Assembly: GCA_040768905.1 (NCBI GenBank)
Contig: JAXGMA010000001.1
Span: forward strand, 1,451,196-1,515,195
Origin: Christensenellales bacterium
GTDB lineage: Bacteria; Bacillota; Clostridia; Christensenellales; SZUA-584
Direction of reading: 5' to 3'
Length of the DNA stretch: 64,000 nt
Shown: in pieces, positions 30,800 through 40,438 of the stretch
Position numbering within the stretch: the stretch's first letter is position 1
Layout: each line of letters starts with the position of its first letter
Notes under the pieces: model-generated
What the model was told of the DNA's origin: nothing
The model's input: only the letters and a program-made list of their open reading frames with translations
Database searches by the model: none
Translations under genes and position numbers: made by a program

Positions 30800-32298
30800 A
30801 TAGCTTCCTCCTTATCAATGCCCAGCGCATTCTCCATGATGGTATCCGGAGCAACGGTTTCAGGGTTAAACTCGCCTGTGATACGCCCGTTATAAATTGT
30901 CAGCACTCGGTTGCTCATATGCAGCACCTCCGGAAGTTCTGATGATATCAGTATGACAGAGCCTCCGTCTTCAGCGATGCGCTTCATCAGTAAATATATT
31001 TCGTACTTGGTGCCGACGTCTATCCCTCTTGTAGGCTCATCCATAATGAAAATACGCGGTTCAGTCTCAAGCCAGCGCCCCACGATGCATTTTTGCTGGT
31101 TTCCGCCGGAAAGGCTTTTGACAGTCGTTTTTATCGAAGGGGTTTTGACATCTAAAGCTTTCACCTGTTTTAAAGCAATTTCTTTTTCCGATGACATGCT
31201 GATAAATCCTAGCTTTTTGATTCTTTTGAGTATAGCCATCGAAATGTTGGACTCGACTGTAAACGGCAACACAAGCCCTTCTTGTTTGCGGTCTTCAGAA
31301 ATATAACCCATTCCAACTTCTTTTGCATCGTTGGGGTTTTTTATCCTGACCGGTTTTCCGTCGATGAGGATCTTGTGTCCCTTCACTTTATCAGCACCGA
31401 ATAATGCTCTGACTATCTCCGTCCTTCCTGCGCCAACCAGCCCGACCAACCCGAGGATCTCGCCTTTTTTTAATTCGAATGATATATTATTCAATTTGCG
31501 CGTATTGAGAGAGCGAACTTCCAGAATCGTTTCGCCAACATTGCGCGGACGCTCAGGAAACTCATTCTCGATCGAACGGCCGATCATCTTGGATATCATT
31601 TCTGCGCGTGTATATTCACTTACAGGCTTTGTATCTATGATATGCCCGTCCCGCATAACCGTCGCGATATCGCACAACTCAAATATTTCATCAAGTTTAT
31701 GACTGATGTAAATAACTGAAATACCATCTTTCCTGAGCTGATTGATGATACTGATAAGATGTTTTAATTCGTCGGACGTAAGACTGCTGCTGGGCTCATC
31801 CATAATGATGAGCTTTGAATTAAAAGACAGCGCTTTTGTTATTTCCACCATCTGTTTTTCAGAAACGCTGAGCTCAGAAACTGGCTTGAAGGTATTGATT
31901 TTGCTTCCTATGCTTTCTAAAAGCTTTTTTGCCTTGGCATGCGTACCGCGCATACCACCCATCTCTTTGAACCTGCCTAAGAAGATATTTTCTCCGACGC
32001 TCATGGCGTCGACTAAATTGAACTCCTGATAAATGATACTTAAGCCCTTTTGCAATGCCTCAACAGGCTTTATTTTTTCGATTTTCTCTCCGTCAAAAAT
32101 GATGGTGCCCGAATCCTTTTTGAACACACCCGACAGTATTTTCATCAAGGTGGACTTGCCGGCCCCATTTTCGCCCACAATACCGTGCACAACGCCCCGC
32201 TGTATATCAATAGACACATTATCAAGCGCTTTTACACCCGGAAATGATTTGCTCACATCTTTTATGGAGAGGATGACTTGTGAATCTTTATTCTGCAT
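30796..32298 (-). CDS. Sugar ABC transporter ATP-binding protein
   Basis: GENGAGKST, LSGGNQQK, DEPTRGIDVG; ATG at 32298 after AAAGGAG. Confidence 0.95.
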   Translation of the reverse strand: MQNKDSQVILSIKDVSKSFPGVKALDNVSIDIQRGVVHGIVGENGAGKSTLMKILSGVFKKDSGTIIFDGEKIEKIKPVEALQKGLSIIYQEFNLVDAMSVGENIFLGRFKEMGGMRGTHAKAKKLLESIGSKINTFKPVSELSVSEKQMVEITKALSFNSKLIIMDEPSSSLTSDELKHLISIINQLRKDGISVIYISHKLDEIFELCDIATVMRDGHIIDTKPVSEYTRAEMISKMIGRSIENEFPERPRNVGETILEVRSLNTRKLNNISFELKKGEILGLVGLVGAGRTEIVRALFGADKVKGHKILIDGKPVRIKNPNDAKEVGMGYISEDRKQEGLVLPFTVESNISMAILKRIKKLGFISMSSEKEIALKQVKALDVKTPSIKTTVKSLSGGNQQKCIVGRWLETEPRIFIMDEPTRGIDVGTKYEIYLLMKRIAEDGGSVILISSELPEVLHMSNRVLTIYNGRITGEFNPETVAPDTIMENALGIDKEEAI

Positions 32299-32321
32299 TT
32301 TGCACTGACTCCTTTCCAATC

Positions 32322-32355
32322 GTTATAGACTCGTTCTCCAGAACGAGTCTATAAC
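32322..32355. repeat. 15-bp perfect stem-loop downstream of binding-protein gene copy 1
   Basis: gttatagactcgttc-tcca-gaacgagtctataac. Confidence 0.75.
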
Positions 32356-32400
32356 CCAATCAACAACTACTTCATAGTTATTTTCCCGTAGCTTTTTTAA

Positions 32401-33423
32401 TTACCACTCTGGACGAGGAATATCAGCGATCGTTTCAGCTGTGTAAAACGCCCAAGGCACGTAATTAACTGGTTCAACCGTTCCTCCTTCAAGGACAATG
32501 CGCGCAAGTCTTAAAGATTCTTTTGTTATCACTTCAAAATCCTGCGCAAGTGACAAGCTCTGGTCGCCATCCTTAACCTGGTCGTACCCGGCCCTGTTTC
32601 CATCCACGCCAACCGAGAAAATGCTTGCGGGATCCAGATTCGAGCTTTGCATGGCCTGGATGATCCCTGTATAGCCGTTATCCCAATGGCAGAAAACACC
32701 TTCGATCTCATCGCCGTATTTCACGATATAGTCCTGCATGATGTTCATCGCATCCGAAGCTGACCATGTTGTGCAGTTCTGTACGTCCAACACTTGGATT
32801 TTGGAACCTTCAAGACCGTCTGTGAATCCCTGATGCCTTTTCAGCTGGGCATCATGCCCGGCCTGCCCGCCGATTTCAACAACTTTTGCACCGTTCGGGA
32901 ATTTCTCGATAAACGCCTTGGCTGCGGCTTGTCCGCCCATGTAATCGTCGGCAGAAACAGTGAAATCGCGATACTGCTGATGATCCGGAGCAAGCTCTGA
33001 AGAGAATATGGCGACGACAATCCCTGCTGATTTTGCCTCCATCAGAGCCGGAACAATACCTGAAACATCATTCGGATTGACAAATATCGCGTCAACTTCT
33101 TGTGCGATCATGTTCGTCACGTCTTGAGCTTGGGTTGCAGCATCGCCTTTGGCATCCGTAATGATCAGATCATAACCATAGCTATCTGCATGTTTCTCAA
33201 ACATTTTTGATGAGAAAGCCTGCGATTCGTTGGCCATGTCCATACACACAAAAGCTATTTTGTATCTCGTTTGGCCTTCGACAGGCGCTGCCGGTGCATC
33301 TGGAGCTGCTGGTGCGTCGGGTACTGCCGGTGCATCTGGAGCTGCCGGTGCTTCCACCGGTGTGCATGCTGCAAGTAGCACCATCAGAAGTACTAGAATG
33401 ACACCTAGAATCCTTTTGTTCAT
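32401..33423 (-). CDS. Sugar ABC substrate-binding lipoprotein, paralog 1 (Pro/Ala linker repeats)
   Basis: Lipobox LAAC, PAAPDA repeats, GGQAGHDAQLKR, VFCHWDNG, VGVDG. Confidence 0.9.
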   Translation of the reverse strand: MNKRILGVILVLLMVLLAACTPVEAPAAPDAPAVPDAPAAPDAPAAPVEGQTRYKIAFVCMDMANESQAFSSKMFEKHADSYGYDLIITDAKGDAATQAQDVTNMIAQEVDAIFVNPNDVSGIVPALMEAKSAGIVVAIFSSELAPDHQQYRDFTVSADDYMGGQAAAKAFIEKFPNGAKVVEIGGQAGHDAQLKRHQGFTDGLEGSKIQVLDVQNCTTWSASDAMNIMQDYIVKYGDEIEGVFCHWDNGYTGIIQAMQSSNLDPASIFSVGVDGNRAGYDQVKDGDQSLSLAQDFEVITKESLRLARIVLEGGTVEPVNYVPWAFYTAETIADIPRPEW

Positions 33424-33641
33424 AAGTCTTTCCTCCTTTTTTATCAAGCAAGCCTTCGCCTGCTGATTTGCTACAGCACCGACACATCTTCAAAAAAAGT
33501 TTGATTATATTTATTTCACTTACAAATACAATCTGTTAAAAAATTATAGTTTATGCGATCTTTTTATATTTCTTAGAATGAGCCTTGGTTCGCTTTTTTG
33601 TTATTTTAACAATAATACTATAAATTAGTTTTTCTGGATGA

Positions 33642-33680
33642 AAAACACCCATAACTGACGGATTAGTATACAAAACTGAA
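33642..33680 (-). promoter_or_regulatory. 39-bp conserved activator-like motif, copy 1
   Basis: aaaacacccataactgacggattagtatacaaaactgaa; recurs at 35155 and 52922. Confidence 0.7.
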
Positions 33681-33825
33681 CAAAAAAGCATTTTTTAATC
33701 ATAAAAGGAACTATTGCTAAGAAACACCTAAAATCACTTATCACCCCTTTTTCTGGCCGCCGTCCTTATCTTCTTGACGAAGCTCCTTTTGAGAAGCCAA
33801 AAAGCAGCGGCTGCTTTTTAATCGT

Positions 33826-33855
33826 AGTAGGCTCGTTCGCCAGAACGAGCCTACT
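33826..33855. repeat. 13-bp stem-loop downstream of binding-protein gene copy 2
   Basis: agtaggctcgttc-gcca-gaacgagcctact; homologous to the 32322 hairpin. Confidence 0.7.
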
Positions 33856-33903
33856 CCTTTTTCATCGGCTACCACAATAGCATTTTGCTGGCAGCCTCTT
33901 TCT

Positions 33904-34905
33904 TTACCACTCTGGACGCGGGAGATCTTTGACCGATTCAGCTGTGTATAACACCCAAGGAATGAAGTTGACTTCTTCAACCGTTTCTCCTTCAAGCACT
34001 TTGCGCGCAAGTTCAAGAGATTTTAACGCCATGTCTTCGAAAGACTGCGCAAGGGATAAGCTTTGCTCTCCAGCCTCAACCTGATCATATCCGGCTCTGT
34101 TGCCATCAACGCCAACCGAGTAGATGTCGCCAGGTTCCCAACCCGCACTGCGCATGGCCTGAATGATGCCCGTATAGCCGTTGTCCCAGTGACAGAAAAC
34201 ACCCTCGATCTGATCGCCGTATTTGACGATATAGTCCTGCATGATGTTCAAGGCATCTGAAGCAGACCATGTGGTGCAGTTCTGGACTTCAAGCACGTTG
34301 ATGTTGGAACCTTCAAGACCGTCTACGAATCCCTGATGTCTTTTCAGTTGGGCGTCATGCCCGGCCTGTCCGCCGATCTCTACGATGTTCGCGCCGTTCG
34401 GGAATTGCGCAACAAACGCCTCAGCCGCGGCCTTTCCGGCAAGGTAATCGTCGGCAGAAACAGTGAAATCCCGATACTGCTGATTCTCCGGAGCAAGTTC
34501 CGAAGAGAATATGGCGACGACTATGCCGGCTGCTTTTGCCTCCATCAAGGCCGGGACTATACCTGAAACATCATTCGGATTGACAAATATCGCGTCAACT
34601 TCTTGTGCGATCATGTTTGTCACATCCTGAGCCTGAGTCGCTGCATCGCCTTTGGCATCTGTGGTAATCAGATCAAAGCCAAAGCTGTCAGCATGTTTCT
34701 CAAACATTTTTTGTGAAAAAGCTTGAGATTCGTTTGCCATATCCATGTTTGGGAAGGCTATCGTGTATCTCTGCTGGCCCGGGTCTGCTGCAGGGGCGTC
34801 CGGAGCTGCGGGCGCATCCGGTGCTGCGGGTGCTGCCGGTGCTGCACATGCTGCAAACAACACCATCAATAGTACCAAAATGACACCTAGAATCCTTTTG
34901 TTCAT
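33904..34905 (-). CDS. Sugar ABC substrate-binding lipoprotein, paralog 2
   Basis: Same signal peptide start MNKRILGVILVLLMVL and long identical blocks shared with paralog 1. Confidence 0.9.
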   Translation of the reverse strand: MNKRILGVILVLLMVLFAACAAPAAPAAPDAPAAPDAPAADPGQQRYTIAFPNMDMANESQAFSQKMFEKHADSFGFDLITTDAKGDAATQAQDVTNMIAQEVDAIFVNPNDVSGIVPALMEAKAAGIVVAIFSSELAPENQQYRDFTVSADDYLAGKAAAEAFVAQFPNGANIVEIGGQAGHDAQLKRHQGFVDGLEGSNINVLEVQNCTTWSASDALNIMQDYIVKYGDQIEGVFCHWDNGYTGIIQAMRSAGWEPGDIYSVGVDGNRAGYDQVEAGEQSLSLAQSFEDMALKSLELARKVLEGETVEEVNFIPWVLYTAESVKDLPRPEW

Positions 34906-35027
34906 AGTTTTCTTCCTCCTTTTTTTATCAAACAGACATTCGTCTGTTGATTTGCACATGTTTTGAGCCGAGCTTCTCTTCTCTAATAATTCGTTTTTAA
35001 TTTTATATATTAATATATCTCTTTGAT

Positions 35028-35056
35028 ATACTAATATATTTTTCTCTGTTTTTCAA
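35028..35056 (-). promoter_or_regulatory. Promoter with degenerate operator AAAAATATATTAGT
   Basis: Minus TTGAAA-17bp-TAGTAT; operator begins 7 bp after the -35, as at 12135, 18462 and 20706. Confidence 0.55.
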
Positions 35057-35154
35057 GTTTTTTAATGAATGACTCAATATTGCTTTTGGCATCAGCCTTG
35101 GCTTAAAAAATTGGTGCTTTAACTATATTAGTAAATATGATATTAAACTGTCAT

Positions 35155-35193
35155 AAAACACCCATAATTGACGAAAAAGTATTCAAAACTGAA
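35155..35193 (-). promoter_or_regulatory. 39-bp conserved activator-like motif, copy 2
   Basis: aaaacacccataattgacgaaaaagtattcaaaactgaa. Confidence 0.7.
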
Positions 35194-35386
35194 CTGCAGA
35201 CTTTTTCCTAATCAACAACGGCTAACACCAACGTGTTTTTAAATCATCATCGTCTCCCTTTTTGCAGGTCTTACACCAGTGTTTATTGGTTTCTTACACG
35301 GTTGTAAACCTGTTTATATATACGGCAGCTCCTGTTTTGATTGCTTAATCGTCTTGGCTGTTATTGATCAACCGGCCGCCACAAAT

Positions 35387-36136
35387 TTAAACAATCATGA
35401 TCTCTACACCGCTTTCTATAAGTGCCTTTCTGCAATTTTCAGGAACCGCATCGGTGATAACCAGGGCTATGTCCAGCAAAGGCATGAGCGAGACCACACC
35501 GCGCCTGTTGAATTTTGATGAGTCAGTCAGTATGATGCGCCGCTTTGCGCTCTTGGCCATCGCCCGCACTGCTTCAGTGCGCAATAGGTTTACATTGGAA
35601 AAACCCTGCTCGGCATCAAATCCGTCCGTGCCGATAAAAAACTTGTCTACAAAAAATTCGCGTGCGCATACCCTCACCAGGGGACCTGTCATTACTTGTG
35701 CGTCGGGTTCGTAATAACCGCCCAAAAGCACTGCACGCGCGCCTGAAAAAGACCGTATATGCGCCGCAATGAACGCTGAATTTGTGATGATGGTAATGTC
35801 GCGCTTTTTTGCCGCAAGCTCAGCAGCGAGCATTGCACAGGTCGATCCGGATTCGATCATGATCGTTTCTCCGTTTTCAACCATCTCCTCAGCCATGTGT
35901 GCAATTCTTTTTTTTATCTCATAGTTAAATGACATCCTGTAATTGACGTCGTCCTGGGAAACACGCAAGGCAAACCCGTGCTGGCGCCTTAAAAGCCCTT
36001 TTTCCTCCAGAGCCGCGAGGTCTTTGCGAACAGTCACCGCCGAGACATCGAGCATCTGCGCCAATATAGCCACATCAAGGCTTCTTGATTCGTTGAGCAT
36101 ATCCAAGATTTTAAGACGACGTTCGTTCATCATCAA
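35387..36136 (-). CDS. DeoR/GlpR-family regulator
   Basis: VSAVTVRKDL, RQHGFA, ESGST, IITNS, DSSKF. Confidence 0.92.
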   Translation of the reverse strand: MMMNERRLKILDMLNESRSLDVAILAQMLDVSAVTVRKDLAALEEKGLLRRQHGFALRVSQDDVNYRMSFNYEIKKRIAHMAEEMVENGETIMIESGSTCAMLAAELAAKKRDITIITNSAFIAAHIRSFSGARAVLLGGYYEPDAQVMTGPLVRVCAREFFVDKFFIGTDGFDAEQGFSNVNLLRTEAVRAMAKSAKRRIILTDSSKFNRRGVVSLMPLLDIALVITDAVPENCRKALIESGVEIMIV

Positions 36137-38529
36137 AGCACCTGTTCTGTCCTTGCAATAATATCATCCTGTGTCTGGCGCGAAAGCACATTGAAAAACG
36201 CCGAATAGCCCGCCACGCGGACGATCAGGTCTCCGTGTTTCTCCGGGTGCTCCTGGGCATCAAGCAGCGTCTCGCGCGATACCACGTTGTATTGTATATG
36301 GAACCCATGCAGCGAATCGAAAAAAGTACGGATAAGCAGCAGAAGTTTCTCACGGTCCCTTTGATTTGCGAGCATCGTCGGCACAACTTTTTGATTGAGC
36401 AGTACGCCGCCCGTGATTTTTTCCGTGCGCAGCTTGGAAACGGATTTCAAAACGCTTGTCGGACCGTTGACATCCATAGAATGGGTCGGAGAGCAGCCTT
36501 CCGCCAAGGGTTCTCCAGCGTAGCGTCCGTCAGGAGTCGCCAGCGTATTTGCCCCTTGGGGTACGTTCGCGGATATCGAAGAGGTGCCGGCATAGTACAC
36601 GCCGCCGATAGGCCCGCGGCCATAGCGCGTGTTCTTGTATTTGTTAAGCTCATCGATATAACTGTCATAGCCCTTGACCACGAGCGCGTCTACGTAGTCG
36701 TCATCATTGCCGTATTTGGGCGCCGCGAGCAGCAGCTGCCGGATACGCTCACCCTCTTCTCCTTCAAAGTTGCTCAACAGCGCATTCCACAGTTCAGCAC
36801 GCGTCATGGTTTTTTCTTCATAGACGCATTTTTTGATTGCCGCCAGCGAATCTCCCAAGTTGGCAATGCCGACCTGAAGATCGCTGATAAAGTCATAGAC
36901 GGCACCGCCTTCTTTCAAGTGCTTCCCTCTGGCAATGCAATCGTCAGTCAGCGCTGAGCACAGTATATCAGGGACTTCTTGTTCGATCACCATATCCGCA
37001 GAAGAGTCGAGAATCACAGCCTGCCTGCAGAATTCGCGAATGAAGATATCCCATGCGTGCATCACTTCATCGAAGGTTTCCATGTCAAGAAAATGCCCAA
37101 CGCCGCTAAATACACGCTTTGCGCTTTGAATGTCGACGCCGTCGTTGAGCGCGATCATAAGTGTTTTGGGGAAGTTTAAAAAGCTCATGCCCGTGCAGCG
37201 GTAACCCCATTTGCCGGGAACCGCAACTTCAACGCAGCCAATGGCGCTGTAATTCATAGCATCATCTTTTTTAACACCGAGGTTTATAAACGACGGTATG
37301 ATGATCTCATCGTTGTTGAACGCCGGCATTCCAAAGCCGCAGCGAATCACTTCTATGCATTCGCGCATGAATTCGTTGCTCAGTCCGCTGTGGTAACGTA
37401 CCGTCAGGTTGGGTTGGGGCAAATGGCACCGCGCAACGCTCTTCAATATTAGATAGCTTAACTCATTGACCGCATCCTTGCCGTCCGCCGTCTGCCCGCC
37501 GATCGTGACATTCTGATAAAGCGGGCTGCCCGCCGAAAAACGCGTATGCGACCAGCTTCTTATTTTATTGATGGATATCGTTTTGAGCCAAAGGTTCTCG
37601 AGAAGCTCTAAGGCCGCCTCTTCTGCCATGCCTTCCGCTTTGCTTTTCAAGTAGTACGGATAACAAAACTGATCAAGCCTCCCGTACGAAAGCGAATGGC
37701 CGTTAGACTCTATCTGCAGTATCAAATGGATCAGCCACACGCTTTGCAGCGCTTCATGGAAGGTCTCGGCAGGATATCTGGGTACTTTCCGGCAGATCCG
37801 CGCGATCTCTAAAAGTTCTTCGGCGCGCTGCACAGAAGCCGTTTTGGCCTGCTCTTCAGCCAGGTCCGCGAATCGGTTTGCAAAGGCTTCCACGGCGTCA
37901 AGCACGATCAAAATGGCACGGTAAAAATAACTTTTTTTAAGATCTGCAAATTCGGCAAGATTGAGCATATTCTGCGCAGCCAGGGTCTGAGCCCTCACGC
38001 CTTCTATGCCTTCGCTTAGAATCCTGCTGTAACTGACCGCAACATGCGCGTCGCCTGACGTGATGTTTCCCTCCGTCTTGATAATGCCCAGATCATACAG
38101 CAGCCGCGAATCCGCAGGGAAAGCGGCATAGCCCTTGTCCTTTAATGTGCGCCCCTTCCAGTATGGGTATATGTCTCTAAGTATCTGTTTATTCTCTTCA
38201 GTAATGGTGAACCGGTCCCCATCCCTTTTTTCGAATTCATCAAGTTCCGCGACGACCCAGTCTATAGCATATTCAGGGAAAATAGGTGCAGCTCTGTTTG
38301 CGCTTGCATGGTTGCCGACGATCAGTTCGTCCGGATCAATAAATATTGACATGTTGCGCAATACAGCATCCACCATATACGCGCGTTTCAAAACAACCTG
38401 ATCCTGTTCGTGCGCTCTGTAAGCTTGCGTTGTGTAAACGGCCCTTTGCGTACAGACAGCAGGCTGTGTGCCCATTATCCTTTTTCGTATCGCTGCCGTT
38501 CTGGGGTGCAGCTCGCCAAAGTAACTCAT
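36133..38529 (-). CDS. Glycyl radical enzyme, YbiW/PflF-like (probable 1,5-anhydroglucitol-6-phosphate isomerase)
   Basis: Gly loop RVAGYS, Cys loop GCVEV; EGNITSGDAH, SAGSPLYQNVTIGGQ and GKWGYRCTGMSF match my recollection of E. coli YbiW. Confidence 0.85.
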   Translation of the reverse strand: MSYFGELHPRTAAIRKRIMGTQPAVCTQRAVYTTQAYRAHEQDQVVLKRAYMVDAVLRNMSIFIDPDELIVGNHASANRAAPIFPEYAIDWVVAELDEFEKRDGDRFTITEENKQILRDIYPYWKGRTLKDKGYAAFPADSRLLYDLGIIKTEGNITSGDAHVAVSYSRILSEGIEGVRAQTLAAQNMLNLAEFADLKKSYFYRAILIVLDAVEAFANRFADLAEEQAKTASVQRAEELLEIARICRKVPRYPAETFHEALQSVWLIHLILQIESNGHSLSYGRLDQFCYPYYLKSKAEGMAEEAALELLENLWLKTISINKIRSWSHTRFSAGSPLYQNVTIGGQTADGKDAVNELSYLILKSVARCHLPQPNLTVRYHSGLSNEFMRECIEVIRCGFGMPAFNNDEIIIPSFINLGVKKDDAMNYSAIGCVEVAVPGKWGYRCTGMSFLNFPKTLMIALNDGVDIQSAKRVFSGVGHFLDMETFDEVMHAWDIFIREFCRQAVILDSSADMVIEQEVPDILCSALTDDCIARGKHLKEGGAVYDFISDLQVGIANLGDSLAAIKKCVYEEKTMTRAELWNALLSNFEGEEGERIRQLLLAAPKYGNDDDYVDALVVKGYDSYIDELNKYKNTRYGRGPIGGVYYAGTSSISANVPQGANTLATPDGRYAGEPLAEGCSPTHSMDVNGPTSVLKSVSKLRTEKITGGVLLNQKVVPTMLANQRDREKLLLLIRTFFDSLHGFHIQYNVVSRETLLDAQEHPEKHGDLIVRVAGYSAFFNVLSRQTQDDIIARTEQVL

Positions 38530-38549
38530 TATCTATCTCCTGAAAATTT

Positions 38550-39491
38550 TTAATCAAAAATAAGCTCTGCGGCTCCCGTGATGCCGAAGTCCTTTTCCAG
38601 CTCCGCGAAACGGAAATGGACCGGCTGAGGTATATGGTTGTATCTGTCAAATTCTTCTCTGATGCGCCCAAAAAGCGTTTCACCGAAGTTGACAAGGCCG
38701 CCGCCGAAAACAAAAAGGTCGATGTTGAGCAGCTGATAAATGTTGAACACACAAACTGCGAGGTAATGCGCCATCATTTCGACAGTTTCAATGGCCAGCC
38801 GGTCATGTTTATGGTAAGCGTTTAAGATTTCGACACAATCGATGTGACCGCTTTCCGAAAGTATGCTCTTTGTCCCCTGCTCAAGGCGTGCTTTGACATG
38901 CGCCGGGACATACCTTCCGGCAGCATAAGACATAAAACAACCCTGGTTTCTGCAACCGCAAAGCAGACCCTCGTCAGGCGTTATCAGCATATGCCCGCAT
39001 TCGCCCGCCCAGCCGTAACTGCCGCGAAACACTTTCCCGTCAATGACGATACCGCTGCCTATGCCCGTTCCGACTGCCACATAGACCATATGCCTGCTGC
39101 CGCGGCCTGCGCCGCGCCTGTGCTCCGCAAGTGCGGCCACGTTGCCGTCGTTATCCAAAACGATTTGTACAGGCAGGCGCTCGGCAATATAATCACGCAT
39201 TGCAAAATCCCTGATGTTGGTCATTGAGGCCGTCATGCATACAAAGCCTTTGTCGAAGATTATAAACGAAGGCATACAGACGCCCACACCTTTGAGCTGC
39301 TCAATCCTGAGCCGATTTTTATCAAGCAGAATATTGACATTTTCAACGATAGCATCCGAAAAGGCCGGGCCATCCGCTTTGATATCGGTGGGGTGCTGGA
39401 TCCTGTCTACCAGCATGCCCTCACTGTTAAAAAGACCGTATGCGACTTTTGTGCCGCCTGCATCGACGCCAATGACATATTTTTTTTGCAA
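38550..39491 (-). CDS. ROK-family sugar kinase
   Basis: GVDAGGTK, NDGNVAALAE, GTGIGSG, GECGH, CGCRNQGC. Confidence 0.9.
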   Translation of the reverse strand: MQKKYVIGVDAGGTKVAYGLFNSEGMLVDRIQHPTDIKADGPAFSDAIVENVNILLDKNRLRIEQLKGVGVCMPSFIIFDKGFVCMTASMTNIRDFAMRDYIAERLPVQIVLDNDGNVAALAEHRRGAGRGSRHMVYVAVGTGIGSGIVIDGKVFRGSYGWAGECGHMLITPDEGLLCGCRNQGCFMSYAAGRYVPAHVKARLEQGTKSILSESGHIDCVEILNAYHKHDRLAIETVEMMAHYLAVCVFNIYQLLNIDLFVFGGGLVNFGETLFGRIREEFDRYNHIPQPVHFRFAELEKDFGITGAAELIFD

Positions 39492-39664
39492 TGCTGATAC
39501 TCCGTTTAGATTTGTTATTTATTATATATGAAGTAGTTTCATATGTCAATTCACGTTTTATTTTTATAATTATATTTACCTTCATATGAAACCTATGGTA
39601 TTATAATTCGTAGTTTATGGCACAAGCCTTCCATGCAACGGCCAATGATAAAGGAGACATATTT

Positions 39665-40420
39665 GTGAAAGCTTTGATCTTTAATATCCAGAGATTTTCG
39701 CTTCATGACGGGAAAGGTATACGTACCACGGTATTCTTCAAAGGCTGCAATCTGCGGTGCAGCTGGTGCGCCAACCCCGAGTCGCTCTCTTTGGAACCGG
39801 AATTGATGCAGGGCAAACCAGTCGGTAAATATTATACGGTTGAGGAATTGATGGCCGAGATATTGAAAGACAAGCCGTTTTACGATAAGAGCAACGGCGG
39901 CGTCACTCTTTCCGGCGGCGAGCCTCTTCTGCAGGCGGATTTTGTTTCCGCGCTTTGCGATGCTCTTCACGCCTCAGGTATCAATGTCGCCATTGAAACG
40001 GCCGCAAGCGTTCCAAAGGAGATATTTGCCAAGGTGTTAAAGAAATGCGATCATGCATTTATCGATTTAAAGCATTGGAACTTAAATAAGCATCTTGAAG
40101 GCACCGGTACTGACAACCGGCAGATACTTGCCAACATCCGGTATGCGCTTGTCCACAAGCTGCCGGTGACGCTCCGCATCCCGATCATTCCCGGCTACAA
40201 TGATTCCCGCGCTGATGCCCTGGCCTTCTCGGAGCTGTTAAAGTCGCTTGGCGCATCAGATGTGCAGCTTTTGCCGTTTCATCAGCTTGGCGAAAGCAAG
40301 TATACCAGGCTCGGCAAGCCTTATGAATATTCGGGCATCCCGCAGCTTGGCGAAGAGAGCCTTGTGGAGTACTCAAGGATACTGTCCGATGCGGGCATCA
40401 AGATACAGATCGGCGGTTGA
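39665..40420 (+). CDS. Glycyl-radical enzyme activase (radical SAM, no ferredoxin insert)
   Basis: HDGKGIRTTVFFKGCNLRCSWCANPE, TLSGGEP, LLPFHQLG; GTG start after AAAGGAG. Confidence 0.92.
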   Translation: MKALIFNIQRFSLHDGKGIRTTVFFKGCNLRCSWCANPESLSLEPELMQGKPVGKYYTVEELMAEILKDKPFYDKSNGGVTLSGGEPLLQADFVSALCDALHASGINVAIETAASVPKEIFAKVLKKCDHAFIDLKHWNLNKHLEGTGTDNRQILANIRYALVHKLPVTLRIPIIPGYNDSRADALAFSELLKSLGASDVQLLPFHQLGESKYTRLGKPYEYSGIPQLGEESLVEYSRILSDAGIKIQIGG

Positions 40421-40438
40421 CGGCAACCTGCCCGTTTT

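Noticed and set aside
33285..33355. 18-bp tandem repeats as a CRISPR array or VNTR element
   Set aside because: They encode the PAAPDA linker of a lipoprotein; no spacers or cas genes.
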